The notes below the pieces were generated by a model. It worked only from the letters and a program-made list of their open reading frames with translations. It was not told where the DNA came from and ran no database searches. Both the position numbers and the translations under genes were made by a program. Below, in pieces: positions 28,237 through 39,505 of a stretch of DNA of 64,000 nt (the stretch's first letter is position 1; each line of letters starts with the position of its first letter). Source of the DNA: Candidatus Bathyarchaeota archaeon (lineage in GTDB: Archaea; Thermoproteota; Bathyarchaeia; Bathyarchaeales; Bathycorpusculaceae). The DNA lies in contig CAWHXY010000006.1 of assembly GCA_963833575.1 (NCBI GenBank), forward strand, positions 64,001-128,000. Reading direction: 5' to 3'.

Positions 28237-30972
28237 ATGAAAATATCGCATAATAAAATTGCAGCTATGACGATTGTTATACTCTTCATACTTTCAATGA
28301 CAGCTTCAATGACGCTTGTACCAAATGCTAAGGCACATTCGCCACCATTGAATATTCCAACTTATGCTTACATTAACGCTTCACCAAATCCCGCAGGTCT
28401 CGGCCAAACAGTTACCCTTGGCTTCTTCATCAACGATCCGCCACCCACTGCAGCAGCGCAGTTTGGCGATAGATGGCAAAATTTTAAAGTGACAGTTACG
28501 AAACCTGACGGAACCACTGAAAATCTGGGACCGTTTACATCTGATGATACAGGAGGAACGTCTACTCTGTACACGCCCAGTCAACTTGGCAATTACACCT
28601 TTGTGTTTAGCTTTCCAGGACAAACATTAGCAGGAAATAATCTCGCTCCGGGAACAGCAACTAATCCGTTTGTTGGGGACTATTATGGACCTAGCACGGC
28701 AAAGACAACGCTTACAGTGCAACAGAACGCAGTACCAACTATTCCTGAAAATCCGCTTCCAACAAGTTATTGGACTCGTCCAATAAACTCAGTGAACGAC
28801 TTGTGGTCTACTATTAGTGGGAATTGGCTTGGGCTTGGTGTGTCGACATTTGCCAACACTGGACAGTACAATTCTAGTGGAAACTATAATCCCTATACAC
28901 TAGCTCCAACGACTGCCCACATTCTGTGGACACAACCCGCAGCGCCTGGAGGCCAAATAGGAGGAGAATTCGGTGGAGACTCTCTAACTCATTTCTATGC
29001 ACCCGCACAGTATGAACCCAAATTTGCACCAATAATATTAGATGGTGTCCTCTACTACGAAGTTTATCCCGGATCTTCAAGTGATCCTACGGGATGGGCT
29101 GCCGTAGACTTACACACTGGACAAACACTATGGGTGAAGAACACAACTGTCGGATCAACATTGGGACCAATTTTACGATGCGGTCAAACTCTAAATTACG
29201 TATCACCCAACCAATATGGTGCATTTGCTTACTTGTGGGCTACAGGAAACCCATTTGGAGTCCCAACATTAACTGGCAATATGCTTACTGTTCCTGCGGC
29301 GAAGCAGACCATCTTGAATCCTGGAGCTTACGCTCCGGTCACTACAACTCTCACTGGAACCACATACAGTATGTATGACGCGGTGAGCGGAGGCTACATA
29401 CTTAGCATTGTCAACTGCACTGCAATGACGCTTGTTGAAGATAATTCGGGAGACTTGATCGGGTACTACGTTAACGCTGCCAATCCAAATGCGCCGACGC
29501 TCAACATGTGGAACTCAACCCGAGCAATTCTTTTGAACCAACCAGCCCAATATTATGGTCAAACAAGCGCGAATGCTTGGTTCTGGAGACCTCCAAGCAA
29601 CGGTATCATTCCCTTCGCAGATGGGATACAATGGACCGCACCATTAGCTACCAACATTTCAGGTGTTGCTTTTCCTCAAACCTTTGCCAATAATCTTTAC
29701 CTAAATACAACTCTAGCAATCAGCGGCAACTGTATCGAGAATGGCGTAGTATTGATGACTGACTCAAGCGGCATCGCAGGAGGATTCCAGGCAGGCTTCA
29801 TAATTGAAGCAGGCTACAGCGCGGATACGGGGCAACAGCTATGGATAACTAATCGGACGGAAACACCCTACACAAGGACAACCACTATTCCGGCTACAGC
29901 TGGAGTCTATGCTGAAGTCAACTATAATACGGCTGTAATTACAGGCTACAGTATGACGACAGGCACGCAAGTATGGGGTCCAGTTTCACTTCCAAACCCT
30001 AATCCTTACGACAGCATTGGTGGCTATCAATATGTTTCTGCTAATGGCACATGTTACTTGTGGGGCTTCGGAGGAACCATATACGCTATTAACATGGCAA
30101 CAGGAGCTATCGTATGGGCGACAACTACCGAACAAATAAGCGGTCCCTCTGGCACTGACACTCCTTACGGCGTATGGCCACTATGGACCTTCTCAGTGGG
30201 GACTGTTGCTGACGGAATACTATTCGTTCCTGAAGGTCACCAGTACAGTCCGCCTATGTTCCGTGGATCTAGTTTTCTTGCCCTAAACACAACAAATGGA
30301 ACCCCAGTGTGGAGCATACTTGGATTCAACATTGAAAGCCCTCCAGCTATTTCAGACGGCGTTATGACAACGCTAAACTGCTATGACAACCAAATATACG
30401 CTTATGGCATGGGACCAAGCAAAGTAACTGTTACAGCACCTAGCATTGGGGTAACAACTTCTACACCAATAACGATCAGCGGCACCGTTACCGACATCTC
30501 TGCCGGTTCACAGCAAAATGCAGTAGCAGCAAACTTCCCCAATGGACTACCATGCATTTCTGACGCTAGCATGACACCGTTTATGGAATCAGTTTATGAA
30601 CAGCAAGTAATGCCACACAAAATCACCGGAGTTCCAGTTACAATATCCGTCACAGACTCTAACGGCAACTACAGAGATATCGGCACAACCACGAGCAATG
30701 CCTATGGCACCTACAGTCTAACTTGGACGCCAAATATTTCAGGTGACTACTCAGTTACAGCAACCTTCGCAGGCACTCAATCCTATTATCCATCGTCAGC
30801 AGCAACAGCCTTCTACGCTAGTTCCACACCAGCAACACCTGCTCCAACCACTGCACCAGCATCAAACTTTGCAACAACGACTGACTTCATGATAGGAGTA
30901 GCCGCAATCATAGTTGTGATAGTAATAATAGGCGCTATACTGGCAATGCTGATGCTTAGAAAACGGCCATAA
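28237..30972 (+). CDS. Large secreted PQQ-like beta-propeller protein with Ig-like domains and C-terminal TM anchor
   Basis: Signal peptide, Ig-like N- and C-terminal domains, AVDLHTGQTLW / AINMATGAIVW blades, then TM + RKRP. Confidence 0.88.
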   Translation: MKISHNKIAAMTIVILFILSMTASMTLVPNAKAHSPPLNIPTYAYINASPNPAGLGQTVTLGFFINDPPPTAAAQFGDRWQNFKVTVTKPDGTTENLGPFTSDDTGGTSTLYTPSQLGNYTFVFSFPGQTLAGNNLAPGTATNPFVGDYYGPSTAKTTLTVQQNAVPTIPENPLPTSYWTRPINSVNDLWSTISGNWLGLGVSTFANTGQYNSSGNYNPYTLAPTTAHILWTQPAAPGGQIGGEFGGDSLTHFYAPAQYEPKFAPIILDGVLYYEVYPGSSSDPTGWAAVDLHTGQTLWVKNTTVGSTLGPILRCGQTLNYVSPNQYGAFAYLWATGNPFGVPTLTGNMLTVPAAKQTILNPGAYAPVTTTLTGTTYSMYDAVSGGYILSIVNCTAMTLVEDNSGDLIGYYVNAANPNAPTLNMWNSTRAILLNQPAQYYGQTSANAWFWRPPSNGIIPFADGIQWTAPLATNISGVAFPQTFANNLYLNTTLAISGNCIENGVVLMTDSSGIAGGFQAGFIIEAGYSADTGQQLWITNRTETPYTRTTTIPATAGVYAEVNYNTAVITGYSMTTGTQVWGPVSLPNPNPYDSIGGYQYVSANGTCYLWGFGGTIYAINMATGAIVWATTTEQISGPSGTDTPYGVWPLWTFSVGTVADGILFVPEGHQYSPPMFRGSSFLALNTTNGTPVWSILGFNIESPPAISDGVMTTLNCYDNQIYAYGMGPSKVTVTAPSIGVTTSTPITISGTVTDISAGSQQNAVAANFPNGLPCISDASMTPFMESVYEQQVMPHKITGVPVTISVTDSNGNYRDIGTTTSNAYGTYSLTWTPNISGDYSVTATFAGTQSYYPSSAATAFYASSTPATPAPTTAPASNFATTTDFMIGVAAIIVVIVIIGAILAMLMLRKRP

Positions 30973-31234
30973 AAACCACAAAACCAAAATTCACTTTCCC
31001 CTTTTTTAGTTACCTAAAAAGCAATTGAGAAAAGATTAGGGCTGAGTAGGTTCTGGTTAAAATTCACGATACCTGCCATAGTTTCGTGATAGAGCATTTT
31101 TATTTGCTCGTTTTTCTCCTATTTTCTGTGCCAGAGCCTCAGCAAACCCTAAAAGAAAATAAACTATTGAAACAGATTTTAGCTTCGCACCTCTCTACGG
31201 TGTTGGACGCTTGCCCCACAACTTGGGTTAAAGG

Positions 31235-31485
31235 CTATTTCATATGCTGAAGTTTGCGTTCCAATCGTCGAATCTCTTTTGTTAACCTAGTAGAACATCA
31301 TAACCATAGGTTCAAAAACTACCGGATTGCAGTTATTTCCAGCCACAGCATTATTTTCGGTATAAATCAATTCATCATCAAACGCTTGCTTGTCCTCATC
31401 ACTCGTCAACGAATCCCTGAAGGATTTCCAGCGATACATTTCAGACTATGGAGTCTATACGATAAGAAGGAACAGTTTTAACCAT
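31235..31485 (-). pseudogene. Frameshifted small helical protein of the MGRTVPSYR family (arCOG07300-like, PolB2-associated)
   Basis: MVKTVPSYRI / SEMYRWKSFRDSL..EDKQAFD...CNPVVFEPMVM / KEIRRLERKL, split by two frame breaks. Confidence 0.6.
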
Positions 31486-32198
31486 TTCATTTTCACTTAG
31501 GAAGCCGCATTTATCAACCTCTATTCTTAATAGTGAAGTTTGGAATGACTCTCCCGTGTAGCAGAGTGCCCCAAGTTAAAGTGAAGCCTTATGTGCACCC
31601 AATAGAAATGTCTTTTGAAATTCTTTGTGCGTGGTAGAATGCTGAAATTTATTCCGTCACGAACGCCCTTACATTAAGCCTTCGCTGGTCGTATTTTCTG
31701 TTCTTGAGCACGTGCGTGCTCGCAGAAGACCTTATGCAGAGCAACCGACGCTTCGTCTATTTTGACAGTATTACTAACCGTCTCCTTTCCCCTATGAACT
31801 CAAAGCTTCGACTCGATTTAAAGCAAATTCCGCGTTCATTAATATGCAAAAAATAGAAATACTATGCTGAGCGTCATAACATCTACTGCTTCACACGAAT
31901 GGCGGAACAAATTTGTCAACATAAGTAACTTATCTTTGAATTCTCCTTTGTGCGATAAAAAACTGAAACAAAAATTAGAAATGCAGACTTTTATTAATTC
32001 CGACCCAAACAAAGTATTTGAATGGAAAAAGAGAAATTTAATGCGCTTTAGCAAAAAAGCGTTTATTTACCTGAGAAAGTATTACGGTTAGAAAGGTAAG
32101 CGTGCAAGAATGGCATTTAGTGTTAAAAGAAAAACCAATACTAAAAATATCGCCTACTGAAATGATGCTACGCCCTTTTTTGTCTGAGAGCTTAACAT

Positions 32199-33239
32199 AT
32201 GCCCTACAATGAATTAAGAAAAGATTACTTGCTTAACCGCTGGGTTGTAATCGCAACTGAGCGAAGCCGCAGACCCACCGATTTCGCGAAACAAAAGGCT
32301 GAAACTACCCAAACCACAGTTTGCCCGATGTGCGTAGGCAACGAACACTTAACGCCTCCAGCCACAATGCTTTATCTCAAAGAGAACGACGGAGTAAATG
32401 TGACTCAAGACCCGCTGACAGGTGAGCGCCCAAAAAACTGGCTCGTCCGCGTCATCCCAAACCTTTACCCTGCTTTCAGCGCGCCTAAACAACCTGAAGA
32501 TACAGCACAAATTTTGAAGAGTGAATGTTTTGGCGATGCGATTGGCGGTCATGAAGTTATTGTTGAATCTCCTAATCATGATGAGGACCCCGCTGATGCT
32601 GAACTGCACCAACTTGAACTGGTCATACATGCCTACATTGACAAGCTAAGAGAGTTAAGCGCAAAACCATACGTCAAATATGTCTCGATTTTTAGGAATT
32701 TTGGCAAAGAAGCAGGCGCCTCTCTTTCCCATGCCCACAGCCAAATAATCGCAACCCCCATCGTTCCATCACTCATCCAAGCAGAGACAGATGCAAGTAA
32801 AGCATACTACAGAATGCATAGGAAATGCGTTTTCTGCGACATAATCGAGCGAGAAGCGAAGGGTCCACGGCTTGTCTATGACAATGCTCATTTCGTGGTT
32901 TTTGCTCCTTATGCCAGCATTAACCCAATGGAATTTTGGATTGCACCCAAGAAACACGGTGCTAACATCCTTGGAATGACCGGTGCTGAAGTTGAGGCGT
33001 TCGCTAAAACGCTCAAATTAAGCCTCAAAGCCTTAAAAGACGTTGTCAATGACCCTCCGTATAATTATGGAATTCATTTAGCTATAAATGAAGAAGCAAA
33101 AGACTATTACCATTGGCACTTGGAAGTTTATCCTAAATTGTCAATTTGGGCGGGTTTTGAACTAAATACTGGAACCTACATTAACACAGTCACACCTGAA
33201 ACCGCCGCTGAAAGCTTAAGAAATGCAATAGCGTCCTAA
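32199..33239 (+). CDS. galT: Galactose-1-phosphate uridylyltransferase (GalT/HIT family)
   Basis: ELRKD..RWV, CPMC.GNE, VIPNLYP, GASLSHAHSQ and HWHLE. Confidence 0.93.
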   Translation: MPYNELRKDYLLNRWVVIATERSRRPTDFAKQKAETTQTTVCPMCVGNEHLTPPATMLYLKENDGVNVTQDPLTGERPKNWLVRVIPNLYPAFSAPKQPEDTAQILKSECFGDAIGGHEVIVESPNHDEDPADAELHQLELVIHAYIDKLRELSAKPYVKYVSIFRNFGKEAGASLSHAHSQIIATPIVPSLIQAETDASKAYYRMHRKCVFCDIIEREAKGPRLVYDNAHFVVFAPYASINPMEFWIAPKKHGANILGMTGAEVEAFAKTLKLSLKALKDVVNDPPYNYGIHLAINEEAKDYYHWHLEVYPKLSIWAGFELNTGTYINTVTPETAAESLRNAIAS

Positions 33240-33241
33240 AT

Positions 33242-35308
33242 TCAAAAAATTTCTTTCGTATTTTTTGGGTTAACCCTCAACACGTCTTCAATATAAGCTC
33301 GCAGTGGTTCAGCTACGCTCCACGCTTGGGAGATGCAGCCTCTTGGCTCATTTGGGGGATCGCAATCGTAGATTTCGTTTATTGTTCCTAAGCCGACCTG
33401 GTGAATTCCTATGGTGAACAGGGGCAGAATAAGGTTTTCGAGCATTTGCTCACGCGCCTTGGCAGAGTAATCGTTGACTTTCAGGTATGCCGTAACGTAG
33501 GGTCCAAGCAGCCATGGCCAAATCGTACCATTATGATAAGCCATATCCCTGCTTCTGCTGTCGCCCATACATTTGCCGACAAATTTGGGGTCACCTAAGG
33601 ACAAAGTCCTCAAGCCGTAAGGCGTTACGAGTTCGCGGTTCACGATATCGACAACTTTTTGGCTTTTTTCTAAGTCGAGCATAGTGTAGTCTAGTGAGAC
33701 AGCGAATATTTGGTTTGGACGAATAGAAGGATCCACCTTATCATCGATTACGTCGAAGAGGCAGCTGTTTTGTGGGTTCCAGAATTTCATGTTGAAGCTT
33801 TGACGGGTTTGGTTTGCTATAGCCCCGTATTTATTAGCTAAGTCTGGCTCCTCAAACTTGTTTGCGAGGATTTCCATTGTTCGCAGAGTGTTGTACCACA
33901 AGGCTTGGATTTCAACTGCTTTTCCAGTTCTGGGCGTAATTACGTCGTTGCCTACGCTGGCATCCATCCATGTGAGCCTGGGACCATGCATTAGCAAACC
34001 GTCGTTATCCATATGTATGCCAAATAAAGTACCCTTTTGATGGTTCTCAACTATCGATTGCAGTTTCGCCCATAACTCATCTTTGACAAACGCGAGGTCG
34101 CCGGTGTACTTAATGTACTGAAGCACAGCGTTCACGTACCATAAAGTGCCGTCAACTGTATAGTAAACTGGGATGCCGGATTTATCTGAAATAAAATTAG
34201 GAATCAACCCACTCTTGCAATACTGCATGAATGTTAGCAATATTTCTTTTGCGTCGTTGTACTTGCCGGTAACCAGCATGAGCCCCGGCAATGAGATGAA
34301 TGTGTCTCTGCCCCATGGCTCAAACCAATGGTAACCGGCGATGACTGCTTTTTTGCCATCGGAGTTTTCAACCATAAAGGAGTCGGCGGCGAGCAGAATC
34401 CAGTTCAACCAATCACTAACTGGCACCTCTGGATGGTCCAGGTAAAACGCGGCTATCAAATCGCTACGTTGATTCACTTCTTGGTTGAAGGATGTATTAA
34501 CGTCCTGGATTGTGGTGCAAACTGAATCTAAAACTTCTTGTGCCTGTCGGCTTTCATGGCTCACGGCAAATGTTACTGCAAAATCTTTCTCTCCATTAGC
34601 GGGCACCTGAACCGCAAAGTACCCGGGTTGGAAACAATCGTCAACGTCGGCTTCGCCCCGCTGCAATTCATCGCGGTAATGTATGTGGTTTAGCCAGTTT
34701 ATTTTTTCTTTGAATTCTCCCTCGGTAATGTGGCAAGCGATTGTGGCTTGTGGTCGCTGAAAAGTTGTCTGGAATTGTATGTATTCACTTTTGATGGTGA
34801 AATTCAATGGGACGCTCAATCGGTAAACGACGGTGTGAAAGTACCTGCAGGTTAAGAGAGGAAAAAGCCTCAAGTTAACATCTTGGCTATTTCTGTTTGT
34901 GACTTTGTAGGTTACGACCACAGCGTTTTTGGTTTTTGGCATAAAAACCGTTTTGCTAACCTCAACATTGCCCAAATCATAGATATAAGTGGGAAAAGGA
35001 TCGAGTGTAAACTTCGAAATCAACTTGTAGCCGTCAGGATAAATTACGTCGTGAAACTCGTTAGAGCCTAACCTGTAGATGTCATCGCCTACCAGCACGT
35101 CTTCATCGAGTTTTGAGACGCAGACGGTGCGGTTTCCAGGCGGATCCAAGGCAGCAACGAGCAACCCATGGTACTTGCGAGTGTTAATTCCGAGGACGGT
35201 TGAGGAAGCGTAACTGCCTAAACCGTTGGTTATCAGCCACTCTTTCTCTACAAGTTCGCCAAAACGTGAAAGGTCATCTTTCTGATAGGTTATGACAGGT
35301 AACTTCAT
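33242..35308 (-). CDS. Glycogen debranching enzyme (amylo-alpha-1,6-glucosidase, archaeal type)
   Basis: EWLITNGLGSYAS, RKYHGLL, AGYHWF..WGRDTFISLPGL, TWMDA, YHNGTIWPW and QAWSVAE. Confidence 0.93.
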   Translation of the reverse strand: MKLPVITYQKDDLSRFGELVEKEWLITNGLGSYASSTVLGINTRKYHGLLVAALDPPGNRTVCVSKLDEDVLVGDDIYRLGSNEFHDVIYPDGYKLISKFTLDPFPTYIYDLGNVEVSKTVFMPKTKNAVVVTYKVTNRNSQDVNLRLFPLLTCRYFHTVVYRLSVPLNFTIKSEYIQFQTTFQRPQATIACHITEGEFKEKINWLNHIHYRDELQRGEADVDDCFQPGYFAVQVPANGEKDFAVTFAVSHESRQAQEVLDSVCTTIQDVNTSFNQEVNQRSDLIAAFYLDHPEVPVSDWLNWILLAADSFMVENSDGKKAVIAGYHWFEPWGRDTFISLPGLMLVTGKYNDAKEILLTFMQYCKSGLIPNFISDKSGIPVYYTVDGTLWYVNAVLQYIKYTGDLAFVKDELWAKLQSIVENHQKGTLFGIHMDNDGLLMHGPRLTWMDASVGNDVITPRTGKAVEIQALWYNTLRTMEILANKFEEPDLANKYGAIANQTRQSFNMKFWNPQNSCLFDVIDDKVDPSIRPNQIFAVSLDYTMLDLEKSQKVVDIVNRELVTPYGLRTLSLGDPKFVGKCMGDSRSRDMAYHNGTIWPWLLGPYVTAYLKVNDYSAKAREQMLENLILPLFTIGIHQVGLGTINEIYDCDPPNEPRGCISQAWSVAEPLRAYIEDVLRVNPKNTKEIF

Positions 35309-36190
35309 CTACGGCATCAGCTTTGCGACGTTTTTGTCTCGTGGAACACTGAAATAATTCGCTACGGGGACGCATTTTGTGCGGAACATTAGCAAATGCG
35401 GTTTTGTCAGTTTGTATTCAGTAAGGGTTTCAGCGTACCCCATTCCTTTAGCAAAAACCAGTTCAGCTGCGTCATAAACTTTTAAGAACTCTGCTGAAAC
35501 TTCTTTTTTCTGTAAGCCAACTGCGTCGGTTCCTGTGGTTATTACTTCATCGGCTAATTTGTCCATGTTTGAAATCAACGCATCATCCATAGTTGCATCG
35601 TTAATTACTGGTCCGCCTTTCACAACATAAATTACTTTTAGACCCATATTTTTTAATTGTTCAACGAGCAATGTGTCAAAAACAATTTCTCCAGCATTAT
35701 CCGCCAAGAAAAGAACAGTATTTGCTTTTTTTGCTAACGCGTAAGCTTTGTCAATATCATCAATAACTAAATCTTTAGATGCTTCTCTAATACAACCAGC
35801 TAAATCACTCAAATTGAATTTGTGACCCGGAATATCAAACTCCATAATGTTGCCCACGATAGCGCAAAGGCAAGCTTTTTTGAATCGTTCCTGCTGATTA
35901 TTGCTTTCCAACACAAGTTTTTTTGCCTGGGGCAGCATTTTGAGGGCTTTCTCGTTAGCTAACCGCTTAGTCCGAATGTAAGGATCCGTGTTGCTAGTTA
36001 GTTGTTTAATTATGCGGTCTCTTTTTGTGCCTATTTCTGCGGCAACTGAATTGGACTTGAATTCTCTATTTAATAATTTTACTATTTCGGCGAGACATCT
36101 AAAACGTAGGGCAGGATTTGTTGTGGCTTGATATGTTGCTACTTGTCCTCTTGAAAGTAAACAGGATTCACATTCAGCTTCAACTTTCAA
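35309..36190 (-). CDS. DUF89/ARMT1-like damage-control phosphatase
   Basis: N-terminal ECxxC, DPY, GN..EF, DNAGEIVFD, NDAT and KGMG; TTG start at 36190. Confidence 0.9.
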   Translation of the reverse strand: MKVEAECESCLLSRGQVATYQATTNPALRFRCLAEIVKLLNREFKSNSVAAEIGTKRDRIIKQLTSNTDPYIRTKRLANEKALKMLPQAKKLVLESNNQQERFKKACLCAIVGNIMEFDIPGHKFNLSDLAGCIREASKDLVIDDIDKAYALAKKANTVLFLADNAGEIVFDTLLVEQLKNMGLKVIYVVKGGPVINDATMDDALISNMDKLADEVITTGTDAVGLQKKEVSAEFLKVYDAAELVFAKGMGYAETLTEYKLTKPHLLMFRTKCVPVANYFSVPRDKNVAKLMP

Positions 36191-36203
36191 AGCATTCACG
36201 CAA

Positions 36204-36914
<711 letters not shown>

Positions 36915-37012
36915 TTATTATTAACACTATCCCCCGAAAACAATATTGAATATACACGAAACAATTCAAAAGTTATTAATTGCTTAGAAGGTGTAACCTC
37001 TTGAGCAAGACG

Positions 37013-37603
37013 TTACGTCAGCTTCAGGGTCATTTCCAGTGTATCTCCATCTGTTGACTTTACTTTTAACCCAAACTTTTCCACGAGCCCAATCATCCTA
37101 TAGTTATCACTCGACAGCACACAGTAGAGCTCTCCAAGCTCATAATCTCTGGCAATTCTGATGAGTTCACCCAAAAGTTCTGTCCCCAACCCAATCCCCT
37201 GCCAAGCATCAGCTATTACAAGTGCAAATTCTCCTCGACTATCCTTGAGATTAATTATTAAACGTGCAACAGCAATGATTTTGCCTCCACCTCCAGGCAG
37301 GGCAACTATGGCTATCTCTTGGTTATAGTCTAAATTGCAGTATCTCTCGAAAGTTTCGTTGGGTAACTCTTTGATTATTTCTAAGAACCTAAAGTTCACG
37401 CTCGCGGGTGATAATGCCTTAAAGAATTCCTTCAACTTTGCCTGATCTGTACATTCAATCGGCCTTAAAGTAACGTTAAGTCCATTATCAAATGTTCGCT
37501 GGGTAGTGTATTTTTTTCTCACAGAATCAGCAAGTTTTTCATCCGCATGGTCGGTTAGCAAAATTCTATGCATCCCTTGCCGTGAATTATCCTCTTGATA
37601 CAT
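37013..37603 (-). CDS. GNAT acetyltransferase (Pat-like GNAT domain)
   Basis: LRPIE..D, LSPASVNFRF, EFALVIADAWQGIGLG and N..M motifs. Confidence 0.88.
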   Translation of the reverse strand: MYQEDNSRQGMHRILLTDHADEKLADSVRKKYTTQRTFDNGLNVTLRPIECTDQAKLKEFFKALSPASVNFRFLEIIKELPNETFERYCNLDYNQEIAIVALPGGGGKIIAVARLIINLKDSRGEFALVIADAWQGIGLGTELLGELIRIARDYELGELYCVLSSDNYRMIGLVEKFGLKVKSTDGDTLEMTLKLT

Positions 37604-38106
37604 ATGGAAATCAATTCATAAATCATTTTAGCTTTGAAACCATACTATCTCTCACAATAGCTCCTATTGCACTCCAACTCCAAGTTGAGGAGCACCAATT
37701 TTGGTTTTGGAATAAATTTTATTATCAAACCAAATGCGTTCTAACACAATTATCGAATAAAAAATCTAAACTGCAAAAATAGAAAACAATGAAGCACGTA
37801 CAAAGCAAAAACAGGTGTGCCCTTCTTTTCAAAAATCGATGTCGATGCAAACAGTGCAATCAGTCATATCAAAACTATCTGAAGATAAAAGTGGCTAACA
37901 TTGCAAAAACAAGGTGAAATTGACCCAAGAACGCAAAAACAGCTAGGAAATGAATATATTTCACGTGTATGAGACATAAATAAACGACAGCGTAAACAAG
38001 ATACCCAAAAACTGGTTTTGTGTCCTTACTGTTTTGAGCAATAAGCCACGCTGAACTTAAAATTTTTGGTTCATGTACCTGCCTAAAGTAAATTGGAGAT
38101 GAAAAT

Positions 38107-38229
38107 ATGATGAATAATGACAAATGCCGATGTGGTTGTGAAGAAACCGAACTTAGAATCAGCGATACCGGAGAATGCCTAAGTTGCTGTGTTCAATGTG
38201 GGTGTATCCGCACTAAAGTATGGGCTTAA
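38107..38229 (+). CDS. Cys-rich TFIIB-type zinc-ribbon microprotein (40 aa, not in ORF track)
   Basis: MMNNDKCRCGCEETELRISDTGECLSCCVQCGCIRTKVWA, with GGAG upstream. Confidence 0.55.
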   Translation: MMNNDKCRCGCEETELRISDTGECLSCCVQCGCIRTKVWA

Positions 38230-38528
38230 AATATCTCATGCTGGTAAACATTTCAGCTAACTAAAATGTTAGGTCAAAAATTGGAAACCCCAGAAGAATG
38301 AACTGAAGGGTGCAGCTGCTAACCGAAAAACTAAGAACTCTTTTTTTGTTTGAATGAAGTAGCAGGGATACTAGTGTACGTATGTACTTAGAGATTCGGA
38401 TTTAGATTTTTTTACTAAAATTTAATATGTAATACTCACAAGAAATCAGCCCTCTCAAATTGTCGCCATTATTTTTTCATGGAAACATTTAAAAGTAGTA
38501 GTTGTTGAAGGTACTACGTTGATGAAAG

Positions 38529-38759
38529 TTGGAAACAGAAGTTGTCGTAACAAAGAAAGGACAGACAACCATTCCCGTACGTCTTCGCAAAAAATTCAAA
38601 ATAGAAGAGGGCACAAGACTTGAAGTCATCGAAACTACTGAAGGGATACTTTTCAAGCGAAAAGAGTCTATATGGGACTTAATTGGCTCCGGCTCAGCAG
38701 TTGCAACTCCTGAAGAAATGAAAAAAGAGCTAGATAAACTCAGGGAACAAGATGCATAA
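38529..38759 (+). CDS. AbrB/MazE-family antitoxin
   Basis: VTKKGQTTIPVRLRKKFKIEEG swapped-hairpin motif; overlaps the toxin start. Confidence 0.9.
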   Translation: METEVVVTKKGQTTIPVRLRKKFKIEEGTRLEVIETTEGILFKRKESIWDLIGSGSAVATPEEMKKELDKLREQDA

Positions 38760-39135
38760 GGCAGCATACGATACCAGATTCTTCGTTGAGTTCTTCTATT
38801 CAAAAAACGAAACGCAACATAGAAAACTATTAGAAGAAAAAAACCGCAAAGAAAAATATGTCTCAGCAATAGTGATCCATGAATTGTACAAGCTATCTCT
38901 TGTTCGAGAAAGACAAGAAATAGCCAAACTCAGAGCAAATTTAGTTAAAAAAGATTTTCAAGTCGTGCCAGTTGACGATCAAATGGCTCGAATCTCAGCA
39001 GAACTAAGACAAAAGTATGACATATCGATGGGAGACAGCATGATTGCAGCTACAGCATCAATGTTAAAAGCCGTGTGCGTCTCAGATGACCCTCATTTTA
39101 AACAAATCAAAGAAATCGAAACAACCTGGATATAG
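38752..39135 (+). CDS. vapC: VapC PIN-domain toxin
   Basis: YDT, HE, GDSMIAATA and VSDD acidic PIN residues. Confidence 0.9.
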   Translation: MHKAAYDTRFFVEFFYSKNETQHRKLLEEKNRKEKYVSAIVIHELYKLSLVRERQEIAKLRANLVKKDFQVVPVDDQMARISAELRQKYDISMGDSMIAATASMLKAVCVSDDPHFKQIKEIETTWI

Positions 39136-39505
39136 CAAAATATGATCCAGAGTGAAAACAACCAACTTGTAAAGACCACGATTTTTGCTCTTCTTTCTGC
39201 GTTCATTTAATTGTTGAAACGGGCATAATTCAAATTGGATCGGTACATAATTCTCATTTTCTTCTGAGGAGTCAAAGTCGCCTCCAAAATATCTATCGTA
39301 AGAGTTCCCCACCCACGTTTCCACACGCTACAACATTTCAAACTCAAAATAACAGAGACTTTATGCTACAAACCATATCTCCTGAACACTAACATATCAA
39401 AAAGCAAAAAGAAGAATAGTGGCTCACCGAAAATCTCCAACTGTCATCTAACGTAACGCTTGGGATTAAGAGATTCGCACAAATAGGAAAGGAGAACTGA
39501 AAAAA

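Noticed and set aside
31545-32091. Short ORFs in the 31.5-32.1 kb gap
   Set aside because: No recognisable motifs, they are AT-rich, and one lacks a canonical start codon.
39082-39324. 80-aa minus-strand ORF after vapC
   Set aside because: It overlaps vapC antisense and has no motif support.
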